64,000 bases of DNA from a virus (IMGVR_UViG_3300037507_005588:25823-89822); one strand, 5' to 3'. Counted from the stretch's first letter, positions 9,531 to 20,156 are shown. Notes: a model not told the origin generated them from the letters alone. Translations and numbers: made by a program.

Positions 9531-9950
9531 ATGTTCAAAAAATTTATTGGGAAAAACTTCTTTGATTATCTTTATGAAGATAAAAGTTTTATCATAATTT
9601 TTCATGGTAAAGAAATCTCAGACAGAATGGGTATTCGACCGAGTGATGAAAGGGAGGATTTCTCGGAATTTGCGAATGAGTTGCATATTTTCGAGGAGAA
9701 TTTTCCTGAAATTGTGATTTACGAAGCGGTAGTAACCGATGAGATTGATAGTATTATCAACATGGGTATTTCCACTGATTATTTTTGGGACGAAAAGTTT
9801 GAATATTTTAGACCCTTTTTTGTGTTGATAAAAAATGGTTGGGTATCCGAAACATCCCTCGATAGTTGTTGGTGTTTGGATACCCTAATACATTATGCCT
9901 CCCAATTGAGACCTGACTTATTTGAACCACCCAGTGTAAGTGAGTCTTAA
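9531..9950 (+). CDS. Hypothetical protein (possible thioredoxin-like fold)
   Basis: ORF in operon; PFFVLIKNG. Confidence 0.45.
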   Translation: MFKKFIGKNFFDYLYEDKSFIIIFHGKEISDRMGIRPSDEREDFSEFANELHIFEENFPEIVIYEAVVTDEIDSIINMGISTDYFWDEKFEYFRPFFVLIKNGWVSETSLDSCWCLDTLIHYASQLRPDLFEPPSVSES

Positions 9951-10643
9951 CTCAGGTGTACCTGGAGCAATCGGTGAAACAAAATGCCACTTACCTTTAT
10001 CTTTTGGAAGATAAAACAACGTCAAACTATTATATTCAGGAACTTCAATTCTTTCTACAACAGTTCTATTGTCATCCATAAAGTGAAGAAGACCACCATA
10101 TTCAGGTAACCAATTTTTACTCATTTGTAAAACAAACCCTAATGTTCCGTTGGGAGAATCAACGTGTGGTGATAAAAAGTCTCCCACAGTGTAACAAGCA
10201 GCAAATACCTCGTCACTACCTGTATATTTTTCAGTCGTAATACTATTCAAAAAATTCAACGACTCGTCTGAAACTAACCATTGTCTAAATTCACACTCGT
10301 GACAAACACAGTCAGGATAGTGATTATCTTTTGTTCTGAAAAAATTGTAGGCGAATTTCCCCTGAGAAAATTCAGAGACGGCATATTCGTAGTATTGTCG
10401 AATCACATCTTGATTTTCAGTGGTATTCCTAATGAATGAAGGTCCCGACTCTTCTTCTTGGGGAAATGTTGAAACGTCCCACCAATCACTCGGCATTCCA
10501 TCACTGAACCACTCATGTAATTTTGACATTTCACTTTCTTTCAAGAAGTCTTTAATAACAACGACTTTATTCTTGTGAAATTCTTCTCTTATTTTTTCTA
10601 CATCCAAGTTTGGATTGATAATTAGGTCTTCAAAATGTGCCAT
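9918..10643 (-). CDS. 2OG-Fe(II) oxygenase (prolyl 3,4-hydroxylase-like)
   Basis: GDFLSPHVD, WLPEYGGLL, WHFVSPI, RLTYTGW. Confidence 0.85.
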   Translation of the reverse strand: MAHFEDLIINPNLDVEKIREEFHKNKVVVIKDFLKESEMSKLHEWFSDGMPSDWWDVSTFPQEEESGPSFIRNTTENQDVIRQYYEYAVSEFSQGKFAYNFFRTKDNHYPDCVCHECEFRQWLVSDESLNFLNSITTEKYTGSDEVFAACYTVGDFLSPHVDSPNGTLGFVLQMSKNWLPEYGGLLHFMDDNRTVVERIEVPEYNSLTLFYLPKDKGKWHFVSPIAPGTPELRLTYTGWFK

Positions 10644-10644
10644 A

Positions 10645-11238
10645 TTAAAATTCTGTGTTAAAAAAGAATACTTGAAAAAGTCTCCCGTCTTCTTTTGTTT
10701 TTCCGAAGTAATCCAAAGATACGTGATACAAATCTGCTCTATATAAAATAAGACGATTGAATAAATTTCCAAATCTATCTACCATATCCCATTTAGTATA
10801 ATCTTTGGCATCCATATGTCCCGGTGATAATTCCTTGGGTTCACTTCCTCTGTAATCAAAACTCATTAGTCCAGTTTCTTTGTGTTTGAAAATACCTGTT
10901 CCAGCTGAAATAGGTGCATCAGGGGTTAAATACAAAACACCGGCCCAATCTGTATAGGAATCCGAATGAATCCATGACCTATCTTCAGCTGTTGTATATT
11001 GAAATGAACCCGTATAATCCCCACCCCAATTAACTATTTTACCAGCAAAAGGTTGAATATTGTATTGGATAATTTGTTTGATTTCTTCGTTCAAAAATGA
11101 TTGTGTTCTTCTTCCTGGATAATTACCAGAAACTGAAAATTCTTGACTCAATGCAAAGTCTCTAACCTCATGTGGGTTAGAATAAAAATCGTCAATAATC
11201 AAAGAAGAAACTCTCATTTTTGGTTTTTTAATAAACAT
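10645..11238 (-). CDS. DUF6445-like 2OG-Fe(II) oxygenase
   Basis: IIDDFY.NP, YPGRRT, WIHSD, AGVLYL, FNRLILY...H, RLFQVFF. Confidence 0.75.
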   Translation of the reverse strand: MFIKKPKMRVSSLIIDDFYSNPHEVRDFALSQEFSVSGNYPGRRTQSFLNEEIKQIIQYNIQPFAGKIVNWGGDYTGSFQYTTAEDRSWIHSDSYTDWAGVLYLTPDAPISAGTGIFKHKETGLMSFDYRGSEPKELSPGHMDAKDYTKWDMVDRFGNLFNRLILYRADLYHVSLDYFGKTKEDGRLFQVFFFNTEF

Positions 11239-11301
11239 ATTCTTTCTTTTGGTAAAGAAAATGATATTTGTATATATAAATAAACTCTCGATAGATTGCA
11301 A

Positions 11302-11610
11302 ATGGAAGTAAGAGAAATTGTTGAAACAATTGTTAGAGAACCCGTCTTAGAAGTACGATTCAGGTTGGATTCTGATTCTGATGATGTCATTAGAATTTCA
11401 GAATTTATTATAAGTGAAATCCAAGATTATGGGTATAATGTTCTTTATGAAGAATTTGACTTATTTGACTATGACGAAGATGAGGATGATGATAACAATT
11501 ATGTTGATGATGAAGATATATCCTCTGAAGTTGATGAAGATGAACTTATTTCATTTATGAATGAGTTTTTTATGATATCAGGTGACATTCCGGAACCTGA
11601 AATGTTCTAA
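11302..11610 (+). CDS. Acidic hypothetical protein
   Basis: ORF, D/E-rich. Confidence 0.55.
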   Translation: MEVREIVETIVREPVLEVRFRLDSDSDDVIRISEFIISEIQDYGYNVLYEEFDLFDYDEDEDDDNNYVDDEDISSEVDEDELISFMNEFFMISGDIPEPEMF

Positions 11611-11625
11611 TCAGTATTTATAAAG

Positions 11626-11862
11626 ATGGACCTAAACAATATAGATGAATTGATTGACCTTTTCGATTCTTTTGGAACCAAAGATTCTGAATTTAATGAA
11701 GAGGAGGGTGATACTTCATCAGCGAGTTCATCAACTTCAGGATATCCCACGGTAACCAAATGGGAAAGTGGTGTTGTAAGAGGTCCCGCAAATCAAATTG
11801 GTAATACCAAGTGGAGTGATTCACACAAGATAACCAGAGGTAAGGCTAATACTTTACTCTGA
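11626..11862 (+). CDS. Hypothetical protein with WESG..RGPAN / RGKAN repeat
   Basis: ORF preceded by TATTTATA 11615-11622. Confidence 0.6.
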   Translation: MDLNNIDELIDLFDSFGTKDSEFNEEEGDTSSASSSTSGYPTVTKWESGVVRGPANQIGNTKWSDSHKITRGKANTLL

Positions 11863-11891
11863 TAAAGATATTTATATCAAAAGGAATTCCT

Positions 11892-12530
11892 ATGTCTAAC
11901 AAAATTATACAAGAAGGTAAAGATGCTTTAAGTAGAAGCCTACTTCTTATGAACTATAGTAATAAACAAACTTTATCGGAAAACGTTGCAAAGGTTTCCA
12001 AAATTGAGGAACAAAGTTGGTCACAGATAACCAAGGGAGCCGCAACGGGTGCGGCTACAGGTGCTGGCATAGGATTGGCGGGAGCTGGTGTAGGTGCTAT
12101 CCCAGGAGCTATAATTGGTGCTTTAGGTGGTGCAGTATTGGCTGCGATTGGAAACCCAAAGATGGACCAAGTAAAAAAAATGTTTGATGCGTGTAAAACA
12201 GAAAAATCTACCCCCACTCTAACAACATCTCAGTTAGATGCTATATCTGATAGTATTAATAATGCAATTCAGGGAGTTGGGACAGATGAAGATGCTATTT
12301 CTTCAGCATTACAACAATTACCGACAATTCCGGATTTGTGTGGTTTAATTAAAGCTTATGACTATCACGGAGATTTATTCTCTGATTTAGATGGTGACTT
12401 GGATAGTGACTATGAATGGAAACAATATGTGGTGATTCCATTAAGAAATGCAATAAGAAAGAGTCAGGAAATAACCAATAATGCTGGACAAAAAAATACA
12501 GGTTCAGGTAAAGAAAAAATTGATTGGTAA
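11892..12530 (+). CDS. Glycine-zipper protein with annexin-like repeat
   Basis: GAATGAATGAGIG...GAIIGALGG; AIQGVGTDEDAI. Confidence 0.6.
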   Translation: MSNKIIQEGKDALSRSLLLMNYSNKQTLSENVAKVSKIEEQSWSQITKGAATGAATGAGIGLAGAGVGAIPGAIIGALGGAVLAAIGNPKMDQVKKMFDACKTEKSTPTLTTSQLDAISDSINNAIQGVGTDEDAISSALQQLPTIPDLCGLIKAYDYHGDLFSDLDGDLDSDYEWKQYVVIPLRNAIRKSQEITNNAGQKNTGSGKEKIDW

Positions 12531-12532
12531 TT

Positions 12533-14188
12533 ATGGATAATCAAGCGTTAAAATCTTTGTTTGACAAAGTAGATGCAAAATTTGACATCGGGACCTTTGA
12601 GGAATTCAAGGGTAAGATGAAAACTGCCGACCAGAGAAAAAAGTTTTTTGATAAAGTAAGTGAGAAGTTTGACATTGGAACTTTTGAAAACATGGAGAAA
12701 AGACTTTCAGGTACAGGATGTAACGCTGGCGGAGTTAAAAACAAACAAGGAAAATGTGTTTTCCCGTGTTTGAAAAGTTTGAAACAATATTTAGTTCCTG
12801 GAAGCAAAGGTCAATATAAAATGAGTGGTGGTGAATATAAGTTCATATCATCAGGAAAATATACTTTCACCAGTAATGACCCCAAAAAATCCAAGGAAGG
12901 AACATGGACATGTAACTCGAACGGTAAAGTAGAATTAGATGGACAAACTTCAAAATTATTAGGATTTCAATGGAAACAATCCCCTACTGAAGAGGAAGTT
13001 AAAAATGGTCTCAAAATTTTGAAATTTGGAATGAAAGGTGATTTTGTTACGGTAGTTCAAAATAAATTAAAGGAAAGAGGTCTAAATCCAGGTTCTTCTG
13101 ATGGTAAATTTGGTAGAAAAACGAAAAAAGCTGTCATGGATTATCAAACACAAATGGGACTTAAATCAGATGGAGTTGTTGGTAAAAATACTTATGCAAA
13201 ACTATTCTTTGTTGCCCCAAAACAAGAACCAATAAATCTTAGTCCAGAAACCCAAGAAGTGCCTCAACAAGGTCAAACCCAAACTACTGAACCTGGAATA
13301 AATCGTGTTTTTGAACCACAAACTCCTGAGATTCAAAAACAATCACCAATACAACCGGTATCACCTGTTGAACCACAAACTCCTGAGATTCAAAAACAAT
13401 CACCAATACAACCGGTAGCACCTGTTGAACCACAACAAACTCGAAGAATGAATAGAAGACAATCACGTAGACAACAAAACGCACACGTTGACCCTAAACC
13501 AACGATAATAGAGAGTTTGAAAAAAAACTTGAAAACTACTTTAGTGGAAAAAACTAAAGAAAAAGAAAACTTAATCGTTGAAACCAACATAATCAAAAAT
13601 AGATTCGCATTAATTTCTGAGGGTCAGACATTCAAGAGTGAAGAATCCAAAATTGATTTAATTGAAAGTGTATTCGTTGAAACAAATTATCTTTCAATAC
13701 AAGGTTACAACTCCGAGTTAATTAATGAAGGTTTGTTTTCTTTCATCGGAAGTATATTAGGAGGTGGCGTAGGTTCAACTCCTCAAGTGGTTGGTGAATA
13801 TATTGCAAAATGGTTGACTAGAAAGTTAGGTGTTCCACAGGGTTCTTACATTGAAGGAGTAATTGTAAGTTTGGTTACAAGTATGAATATTAGTGATTAT
13901 GATAAAATATTTACCGATTGTCGATTCCTAACAAATAAATTATCTGACGCTTTGATTGAGGGATACCTGTTCCAAATGCAAAGTCAGAAAGGTTTGGAAA
14001 GTGGTGTTTCAGGATTTCTATTGTCAGCAATAAGAAACTCCATTATTGAATATTTCGCTGAAGATAAGGACGGTTTAATTCAAAAACTCGAGGACAAAAT
14101 TGCAGAATTCCTATGTCCTGCAATTTCAAAAATCTCGGGAAAAGTACAAGACAAGGCAGATGAGTTGAAAGACAAAGCTTTGGCTTAA
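12533..14188 (+). CDS. Peptidoglycan-binding-domain virion protein
   Basis: LKFGMKGDFV..VQNKL..DGKFGRKTKKAVMDYQ..GLKSDGVVG; 19-aa duplicate EPQTPEIQKQSPIQPV. Confidence 0.75.
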   Translation: MDNQALKSLFDKVDAKFDIGTFEEFKGKMKTADQRKKFFDKVSEKFDIGTFENMEKRLSGTGCNAGGVKNKQGKCVFPCLKSLKQYLVPGSKGQYKMSGGEYKFISSGKYTFTSNDPKKSKEGTWTCNSNGKVELDGQTSKLLGFQWKQSPTEEEVKNGLKILKFGMKGDFVTVVQNKLKERGLNPGSSDGKFGRKTKKAVMDYQTQMGLKSDGVVGKNTYAKLFFVAPKQEPINLSPETQEVPQQGQTQTTEPGINRVFEPQTPEIQKQSPIQPVSPVEPQTPEIQKQSPIQPVAPVEPQQTRRMNRRQSRRQQNAHVDPKPTIIESLKKNLKTTLVEKTKEKENLIVETNIIKNRFALISEGQTFKSEESKIDLIESVFVETNYLSIQGYNSELINEGLFSFIGSILGGGVGSTPQVVGEYIAKWLTRKLGVPQGSYIEGVIVSLVTSMNISDYDKIFTDCRFLTNKLSDALIEGYLFQMQSQKGLESGVSGFLLSAIRNSIIEYFAEDKDGLIQKLEDKIAEFLCPAISKISGKVQDKADELKDKALA

Positions 14189-14255
14189 AAAAATTCCCGA
14201 GGTAGAACTCGGGAATATAAATCACTTTTAGAAGGGGGGTGAACTAATATCTAAG

Positions 14256-14282
14256 AAAGGGAGTCGTGAGACTCCCTTTTTT
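14256..14282. terminator. Terminator between convergent genes
   Basis: AAAGGGAGTC-GTGA-GACTCCCTTT. Confidence 0.75.
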
Positions 14283-14955
14283 ATTTTTTCTTCATAACAA
14301 CCTCGTCGATGATTCCGTAGTCAACAGCCTCTTGAGCTGAGAGCCAAAAATCACGTGAAGCATCTTCAGTGACCTGTTCAGGTGTTTTACCACAGAAACC
14401 ACCTAAAAGTTCGAATAAGATTTTGTTGGTTTTTTCCCATTCTTTGAAATTAATACGAGCGTCTTGGATATTACCACCAGCACCACCTGAAGTTTGGTGA
14501 AGCATTGTCTTGGAAAAACGGAGAGATGAACGTTTACCTTTAGTCCCCGCTCCCAAAAGAACTGAACCCATTGATGCTGCCATACCTGTGTTGACAGTGC
14601 GAATATCACACTTGATGTAGTCCATAACATCAACCATAGAAAGTCCTGATTTTACAGAACCACCAGGACTGTCAATATGCATGGTGATGTCCAAATTGTC
14701 CGCAGAATCCAAATACATAAGTTGTGCTTGGACAACAGTCGACATACGGTCGTTTACCGGACCCGCAACCCACAATAGACGTTCTCTCATCAAACGAGAA
14801 AAAATATCCATTTGAGTTACTCGCATTTCACGTTCCTCCAAAATGTAGGGGGTCATAGACGCTTTTACTTGTTCATCGTAGTAATGTAGGTTCATCGAAG
14901 ACAAACCGTACTCGCTCATAGCGTACTTTTGGAAATCATTCATAGTTGGGTTCAT
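14281..14955 (-). CDS. clpP: ATP-dependent Clp protease proteolytic subunit
   Basis: MDIFSRL, DSPGGSV, GMAASMGS (Ser), MLHQ (His), RDFWLS (Asp). Confidence 0.95.
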   Translation of the reverse strand: MNPTMNDFQKYAMSEYGLSSMNLHYYDEQVKASMTPYILEEREMRVTQMDIFSRLMRERLLWVAGPVNDRMSTVVQAQLMYLDSADNLDITMHIDSPGGSVKSGLSMVDVMDYIKCDIRTVNTGMAASMGSVLLGAGTKGKRSSLRFSKTMLHQTSGGAGGNIQDARINFKEWEKTNKILFELLGGFCGKTPEQVTEDASRDFWLSAQEAVDYGIIDEVVMKKK

Positions 14956-14971
14956 AGTTTATAAAAATTAG

Positions 14972-15057
14972 TACCGCCTACCGGAATCGAACCGGTACGA
15001 CCATTTCGGGTCGAGGGATTTTAAGTCCCTTGTGTCTACCTGTTTCACCAAGGCGGC
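14972..15057 (-). tRNA. tRNA-Leu(TAA)
   Basis: AGGGA-CTTAAAA-TCCCT, long variable arm. Confidence 0.95.
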
Positions 15058-15088
15058 AACTTTAGGAATTATAGTTATGTAATTTGTG

Positions 15089-15580
15089 TTAGACAAATGC
15101 GATTTGGAAATCATTCCAAATATTTTCAATCTCAACTGATAGTATCGAGGAGAAAATACTTGGTTCATAAGGTTTGTGACGAAGTTTCATACCCGATTCC
15201 TCAGGAGTCCGATTACCTTTTTTCATGTTGCAAGTAGTACAACACGTTACCAAATTGTTCCAATTGTTTCTACCACCTCTTGATTTGGGTAGAACGTGGT
15301 CCAAAGTCAAATGTTTTTTACTTCCACAATAAACACATTCGTTATTGTCCCGACGATACAAACGTTTACGATTCAACTTTAACGGTGAGGCATGAAAACG
15401 TACATAATTCAACAAACGAATTACAATTGGTCTGACAAACTCACCAACAGTTGTTACAATTTTTTTGGAATCTTCCCGCAATACCTCAGCCTTTCCTTTT
15501 ACAACAAGGATAAACCCTCTACGTAAACTTGTTACGTTGAGTGGGGTGTAATCTGAATTGAGAACTAATACTTGGTCCAT
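15089..15580 (-). CDS. HNH endonuclease
   Basis: VLVLNSDY, RDNNECVYCG, LTLDHVLPKSRGG, NLVTCCTTCN..KG. Confidence 0.9.
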   Translation of the reverse strand: MDQVLVLNSDYTPLNVTSLRRGFILVVKGKAEVLREDSKKIVTTVGEFVRPIVIRLLNYVRFHASPLKLNRKRLYRRDNNECVYCGSKKHLTLDHVLPKSRGGRNNWNNLVTCCTTCNMKKGNRTPEESGMKLRHKPYEPSIFSSILSVEIENIWNDFQIAFV

Positions 15581-15794
15581 GATTTCTATAATACAATACA
15601 AAGATAATAAAAATTTATGATAAAAAAAAAGTCCCTCGTAAGAAGGACCATATAATAATGCGTATTTATATCAATCGTTCCATGAGTTTGCGTCGAATGT
15701 ATTGAAGTAATAAAAATCTCATATTGATAAATATTATCAACTTGTGTTTGTAATTTCAAAAAAAGTATGTATCTTTGGAGTGTTAAAAATATCT

Positions 15795-15868
15795 GCCTCC
15801 GTAGCTCAGCTGGATAGAGCAACGCACTTCTAATGCGTAGGTCATTGGTTCGAATCCAATCGGGGGTA
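15795..15868 (+). tRNA. tRNA-Arg(TCT)
   Basis: ACGCA-CTTCTAA-TGCGT; promoter TATCTTTG 15770-15777. Confidence 0.95.
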
Positions 15869-15887
15869 CAAAATTTTAGGGTTGAAT

Positions 15888-16241
15888 ATGGCACATCCAA
15901 ACTTACACGCCAAATCCTCGGCGAAACAATTTGGGGGAAAACCTGAAGATTATATGCATCTTCATAATTGGATGGATGAAACAAAAGGATGGGTAGGAAA
16001 TTCTAATCACAGAATTTTCAGACATCATTCAGAAGGTATTTTCGAAATGGAAAAGATATTCGGTGCAGAATTCACAAACAGTGATGGAAAAGTTGTATAC
16101 ACAAGGTATGTTGGAGAACAACATGTAAAAGAAGACTGTAATAACTACATCCCATCTGCCAAAGAATGGGTTGACGCGATGTTATCCCAAAAAAAACCAA
16201 TGTGGATGCTCAGAACCGTGGAATTGGAATTCACTGACTGA
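15888..16241 (+). CDS. DUF6915-like protein
   Basis: MAHPNLHAKSS..FGG, HRIFRHHSEGIF, EQHVKED. Confidence 0.65.
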   Translation: MAHPNLHAKSSAKQFGGKPEDYMHLHNWMDETKGWVGNSNHRIFRHHSEGIFEMEKIFGAEFTNSDGKVVYTRYVGEQHVKEDCNNYIPSAKEWVDAMLSQKKPMWMLRTVELEFTD

Positions 16242-16252
16242 TATTTATTATT

Positions 16253-16933
16253 ATGACAGAAAAACAAACAAAAATTTTTGAGCTTATTGCAAAGGCTATA
16301 CAGTCAAAAGGGTGCGACTATGGTAGTTTCAATGTAGAATATTACTCCGACTACGTATTTCACGGAAGAGATTTTGAGTGTGGTGAATTTAAGGGAACTG
16401 GTAAATTACCTTTCGACGTTTCTGAAATTCTCTCAGATTGGTACAATGAAAATAAATGGGAAAGGTACATTGATGAAGATTCATTGAGTAGTGTCGAAAT
16501 GAAAATTATTCCATCTGAAAGGAAAATACAACTTATTGGGTATTATTACGAATATCAAACTGACGATTCTGAAGTTACAGAAGCTGACTTACCAAACGAC
16601 GAGGAGATTAATAATTTGATTGATAATTTTGAGTTAGAAGGTCATACAAAATTGTATATTGAATTTAACGGAGGTGGTGATGATGGAGAAATCTTACTTA
16701 GGGAAGTAAAAAGTGAAAATCACAGTGAATTATTGAACTTAAGGGGTGATGTTTACCGACCACTTACAAATTTTGTCTATCAGATGCTTGAAAATGAGTA
16801 TGGTGGTTGGGAAAACAATGATGGTGCCGAAGGTGAATTTGTCATAGATTTGGAGGAAAAAAATGTTACTTTATATTTCAGACGTAACTTCACTGTTGAC
16901 AAACCTGAGGTTTTATTTGAAATGAACTATTAA
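16253..16933 (+). CDS. DUF6878-like protein
   Basis: EFNGGGDDG, GWENNDGAEGEF. Confidence 0.55.
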   Translation: MTEKQTKIFELIAKAIQSKGCDYGSFNVEYYSDYVFHGRDFECGEFKGTGKLPFDVSEILSDWYNENKWERYIDEDSLSSVEMKIIPSERKIQLIGYYYEYQTDDSEVTEADLPNDEEINNLIDNFELEGHTKLYIEFNGGGDDGEILLREVKSENHSELLNLRGDVYRPLTNFVYQMLENEYGGWENNDGAEGEFVIDLEEKNVTLYFRRNFTVDKPEVLFEMNY

Positions 16934-16936
16934 TAT

Positions 16937-17572
16937 ATGTCATTATTAAATTCTAACATTCCGAGTTTCAAAGCTCTGATGAGAAAATCACATATTACTA
17001 AAAATCAGAATGACTCTGAAACTTACGTCAATGTTTATGTTTTTGGATTACAGTCTTGTGATGGTAAAATTTTGACATTCCACGTTATGACTGATGATGG
17101 AATGGTTCGAAGTAGGGTACCGATTTCCGAGATTTTTACCAAAATACCCACAAACGACATTCCATTCAACTTCAAACAATTATGGGATTGTTTTTCAAAT
17201 AATGTAACCGTGGTAGAATATGATTTCCTAAACTCCCACAGAGCTCAGATTGTTCTAAGAGATGGGACAAAAGTTTGGGGAACTTATATGTTTACCGTAG
17301 ATTGGTTTGACAATCCCTATAGTGATGAACCATCAGATTATAAATGTGGACATATTTTCAAATCTGACGATGGATACTTGTTATGTCAACCAAACAATCG
17401 TATATTTTGGAAAGACTCAAATTGGGTTACCAAAAAAATGTCAGACGATTTGAAACAATACAAAGTTGATACAGACTTACCTTCAGTTGAAAATCGTTCG
17501 GATAGGTGGATTACAGAAGATACAAACAGTTTTTATTATGACATTAAACCAATCGTGGATGAGACGCCCTGA
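16937..17572 (+). CDS. Conserved phage hypothetical protein
   Basis: LNSNIP, QLWDCFS, YMFTVDW, QPNNRI. Confidence 0.65.
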   Translation: MSLLNSNIPSFKALMRKSHITKNQNDSETYVNVYVFGLQSCDGKILTFHVMTDDGMVRSRVPISEIFTKIPTNDIPFNFKQLWDCFSNNVTVVEYDFLNSHRAQIVLRDGTKVWGTYMFTVDWFDNPYSDEPSDYKCGHIFKSDDGYLLCQPNNRIFWKDSNWVTKKMSDDLKQYKVDTDLPSVENRSDRWITEDTNSFYYDIKPIVDETP

Positions 17573-17817
17573 TTTAAGAAACGTCAACCCATGGGTCAAA
17601 GTAGACCGAGATACTTACCAAATCCTTCAAATAGGTTCATTTGAAGAAATCAACAAATCCAAGATTGATGGTCATACGATGACTCTTTATTTACATACTC
17701 AAATTCTTGAGGAACGATATGATGAAGAAATGATTGAATTTGCCGAAAAAGATTAATTTGCCAAACAAAGTCTGATTTTTCTTTGATTATAATTTTGTTT
17801 GGCATATCTTTGTCCTT

Positions 17818-18408
17818 ATGAAAGTTTTATTCTTAGATAACGACGGTGTAATTTGTCTTGCCAACACTTGGGGGACTAGAAACAAAAAACGCCAAAAGGC
17901 GGGTCTTTCCACTAAAGTACCTTTTAAGGAACTACCTCTTGATGTTAGGTTCGACAACTTTGACAAGAAATCAGTTCAAGTATTGAATGAAATTTTGGAA
18001 GAAACTGGTGCTGAACTTGTTGTCAGTTCTGATTGGAGATTTTACGCAACACTCGAAGAACTCGGTGATTACTACCAATCTCAAGGTATTAATAAAAGAC
18101 CAATTGACGTCACCGAAAAGTTTTCTGATGCGTTTCCTAAAGAATGGAGTGGTCTAAGATTCAGGGCCGAACTTGAGCTCGAAAGGTTTATGGAAATTGA
18201 ACTTTGGTTGGAAAATCATCCCGAAGTTACTCAATGGGTTGCAGTTGATGATTTGGATATGAGTATTGATTATCTTGGACCGAGGTTTTCAGATAAGAAT
18301 GGTTCCGATAAAAAACCAGGTCTTACCAATTTTGTTTTAACTCCAAAGTCAACTGAAGGTATTAAACAATATGGTATTAAAGATAAAATTTTGAAATATT
18401 TATTATAA
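17818..18408 (+). CDS. HAD-superfamily phosphatase (Swiss-army-knife RNA-repair type)
   Basis: KVLFLDNDGVI, VVSSDWR, WVAVDD; promoter TTTG 17782 + TATCTTTG 17805-17812. Confidence 0.75.
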   Translation: MKVLFLDNDGVICLANTWGTRNKKRQKAGLSTKVPFKELPLDVRFDNFDKKSVQVLNEILEETGAELVVSSDWRFYATLEELGDYYQSQGINKRPIDVTEKFSDAFPKEWSGLRFRAELELERFMEIELWLENHPEVTQWVAVDDLDMSIDYLGPRFSDKNGSDKKPGLTNFVLTPKSTEGIKQYGIKDKILKYLL

Positions 18409-19013
18409 TGATTATTATAGACAACTTCATCAAAGACTTAGATTTTTTGGAAAGAATTGAAAAATCTGATAAATTTTGGGAACGTGGATATCAGTGGTAC
18501 GACGGTTGGTGGAATCTCGAACCGAATAATTTAAGACATCACTTAATCAAAGCTATTTGGGGTCCCAACTCACCTCATCCCAATATTTCATGTTTGGGAT
18601 TCGAACATTGGGTTGGTGATTTTACAGACACATCTGAAAGTTTTGAACAAATGGGTAGAGAATATTCTTTGAAACTCCATTTTGACAAAGACGAAGATTA
18701 TTGGAAAGAACATAAAACAATTCTTGGTCCTAAAATAGGTACGGTATTTTACCCATGTAGGGAAATTAACGAAATGGAAGGTGGTATGTTATACCATTGG
18801 GAGAATTATGATTCATCCAAGTTAACTCCTGAAGGTTGGTTGACAGAACCTGAAGATGAGCCCGAAATCATCAAAGCTAAATTCAATAGATTGATTATTT
18901 TTGATGCGTCAAAACTACACGGGGTTTCCAAAGTAACCAAAGGTAGACGTAGAGCTATTGCAATTAATTTGTGGGACAAAAAACCACTCGAATTTGTCAA
19001 TAAAGATTATTAA
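18408..19013 (+). CDS. 2OG-Fe(II) oxygenase
   Basis: LHFDKD, EGGML, NRLIIFD...HGVSKV..GRRRAIAINLW. Confidence 0.8.
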   Translation: MIIIDNFIKDLDFLERIEKSDKFWERGYQWYDGWWNLEPNNLRHHLIKAIWGPNSPHPNISCLGFEHWVGDFTDTSESFEQMGREYSLKLHFDKDEDYWKEHKTILGPKIGTVFYPCREINEMEGGMLYHWENYDSSKLTPEGWLTEPEDEPEIIKAKFNRLIIFDASKLHGVSKVTKGRRRAIAINLWDKKPLEFVNKDY

Positions 19014-19091
19014 TTAAACTGACATGGTTTGTTCAATTTGTGGTATGGAAATCGATGAAAGAATCTCAGAAGAATATATTGCGGGAGATGT

Positions 19092-20135
19092 TCATTTAGC
19101 CTGTTCGATTTCCGAAAGTTGATTTTGGAAAATTTGTATTTGTAATCTATAATAAAGAATTTTCTGATTCAAATCCAAAATTTCTTTGGAGTTTTTGTTC
19201 CTAATCAAAGAGTTATCTGTTTGATTCAACATTTCATTTTCTAATTCGGAAATTTTTTTCTGCACCGATAAAATGTTGTTTTTATACAAAAGAGTTTTTC
19301 TATTCAATTTATCTATGTCAAAGAGGTGTCGACGTTCTTCATCAGTCATATCGTTGTGATAGTAATGTGCTTTAACATTTGACAATCCATACGGGGGAGT
19401 CCCAAAACAAAAAACAAAATTGGAGGGGAGTGTAAAACCTCTTTTCACCAAAGATTCATTAAGTTCGTTGATATATCCTGTGTTTTTTGGGTGCGGATTC
19501 TCAAATTCATACCCGAACATTTTAATATCTAAATCGAATCTATTTGCAACGATTTCTTTTGTTTCATCCGTATAATATTGTTTATAATCTCTATCTTTTT
19601 CGTTCAAATATGACTCGTTGGTCATAGGTAGAAAACTATCTTTTAACTTCAAATGAGTTGAAATTAAGTCAAAATCCTCATTGAGTTTTTCAAAAGCACC
19701 AATAAAGTTGACAATAAATTTACCACTCTCATCAATTAGATAATACGTTTGAGGTGTGCGGTTACTATAATAACAAGTTCTTAACCATTCCAAATCTACA
19801 TGAGGGTCATTGGTAGGTAATCTATCTTGCATCTGTAAAATATTTCCATTGAATTTCCAATTTATGAATTCATCAAATGTCATATCGATATTCTTATTCC
19901 TGACATAATACCTCCAACAAGAAACTTGGAGGTCCCATGGATTTCTTACAAAAGCAAATTTGAATAAAGATTCAAAAAAAATTGGTTCCAACCAATCACG
20001 GTATTGGACGGATAGAGCGTGAGTTAATTCGTGATACAAAAATTCTGTATACGAATGAAGTGAGTCTTCAATTGAGGACCCAGCCGTTTTTGGGATATGA
20101 ATAAAAAGAAACGGAGGGTCAGTAGATAAAACCAT
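19092..20135 (-). CDS. Sulfotransferase (Sulfotransfer_2 family) with C-terminal coiled coil
   Basis: FIHIPKTAGSSI, FAFVRNPWD..VS, DIKMFGY. Confidence 0.85.
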   Translation of the reverse strand: MVLSTDPPFLFIHIPKTAGSSIEDSLHSYTEFLYHELTHALSVQYRDWLEPIFFESLFKFAFVRNPWDLQVSCWRYYVRNKNIDMTFDEFINWKFNGNILQMQDRLPTNDPHVDLEWLRTCYYSNRTPQTYYLIDESGKFIVNFIGAFEKLNEDFDLISTHLKLKDSFLPMTNESYLNEKDRDYKQYYTDETKEIVANRFDLDIKMFGYEFENPHPKNTGYINELNESLVKRGFTLPSNFVFCFGTPPYGLSNVKAHYYHNDMTDEERRHLFDIDKLNRKTLLYKNNILSVQKKISELENEMLNQTDNSLIRNKNSKEILDLNQKILYYRLQIQIFQNQLSEIEQAK

Positions 20136-20156
20136 AAAAAAAATATCGTCAAACTA

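Noticed and set aside
13311-13434. 57-bp direct repeat
   Set aside because: Simple in-frame duplication in a Pro/Gln linker.
15089-15580. HNH gene as part of an intron or Cas9 fragment
   Set aside because: Stand-alone small HNH family with no interrupted host gene, RuvC motifs or intron core visible.
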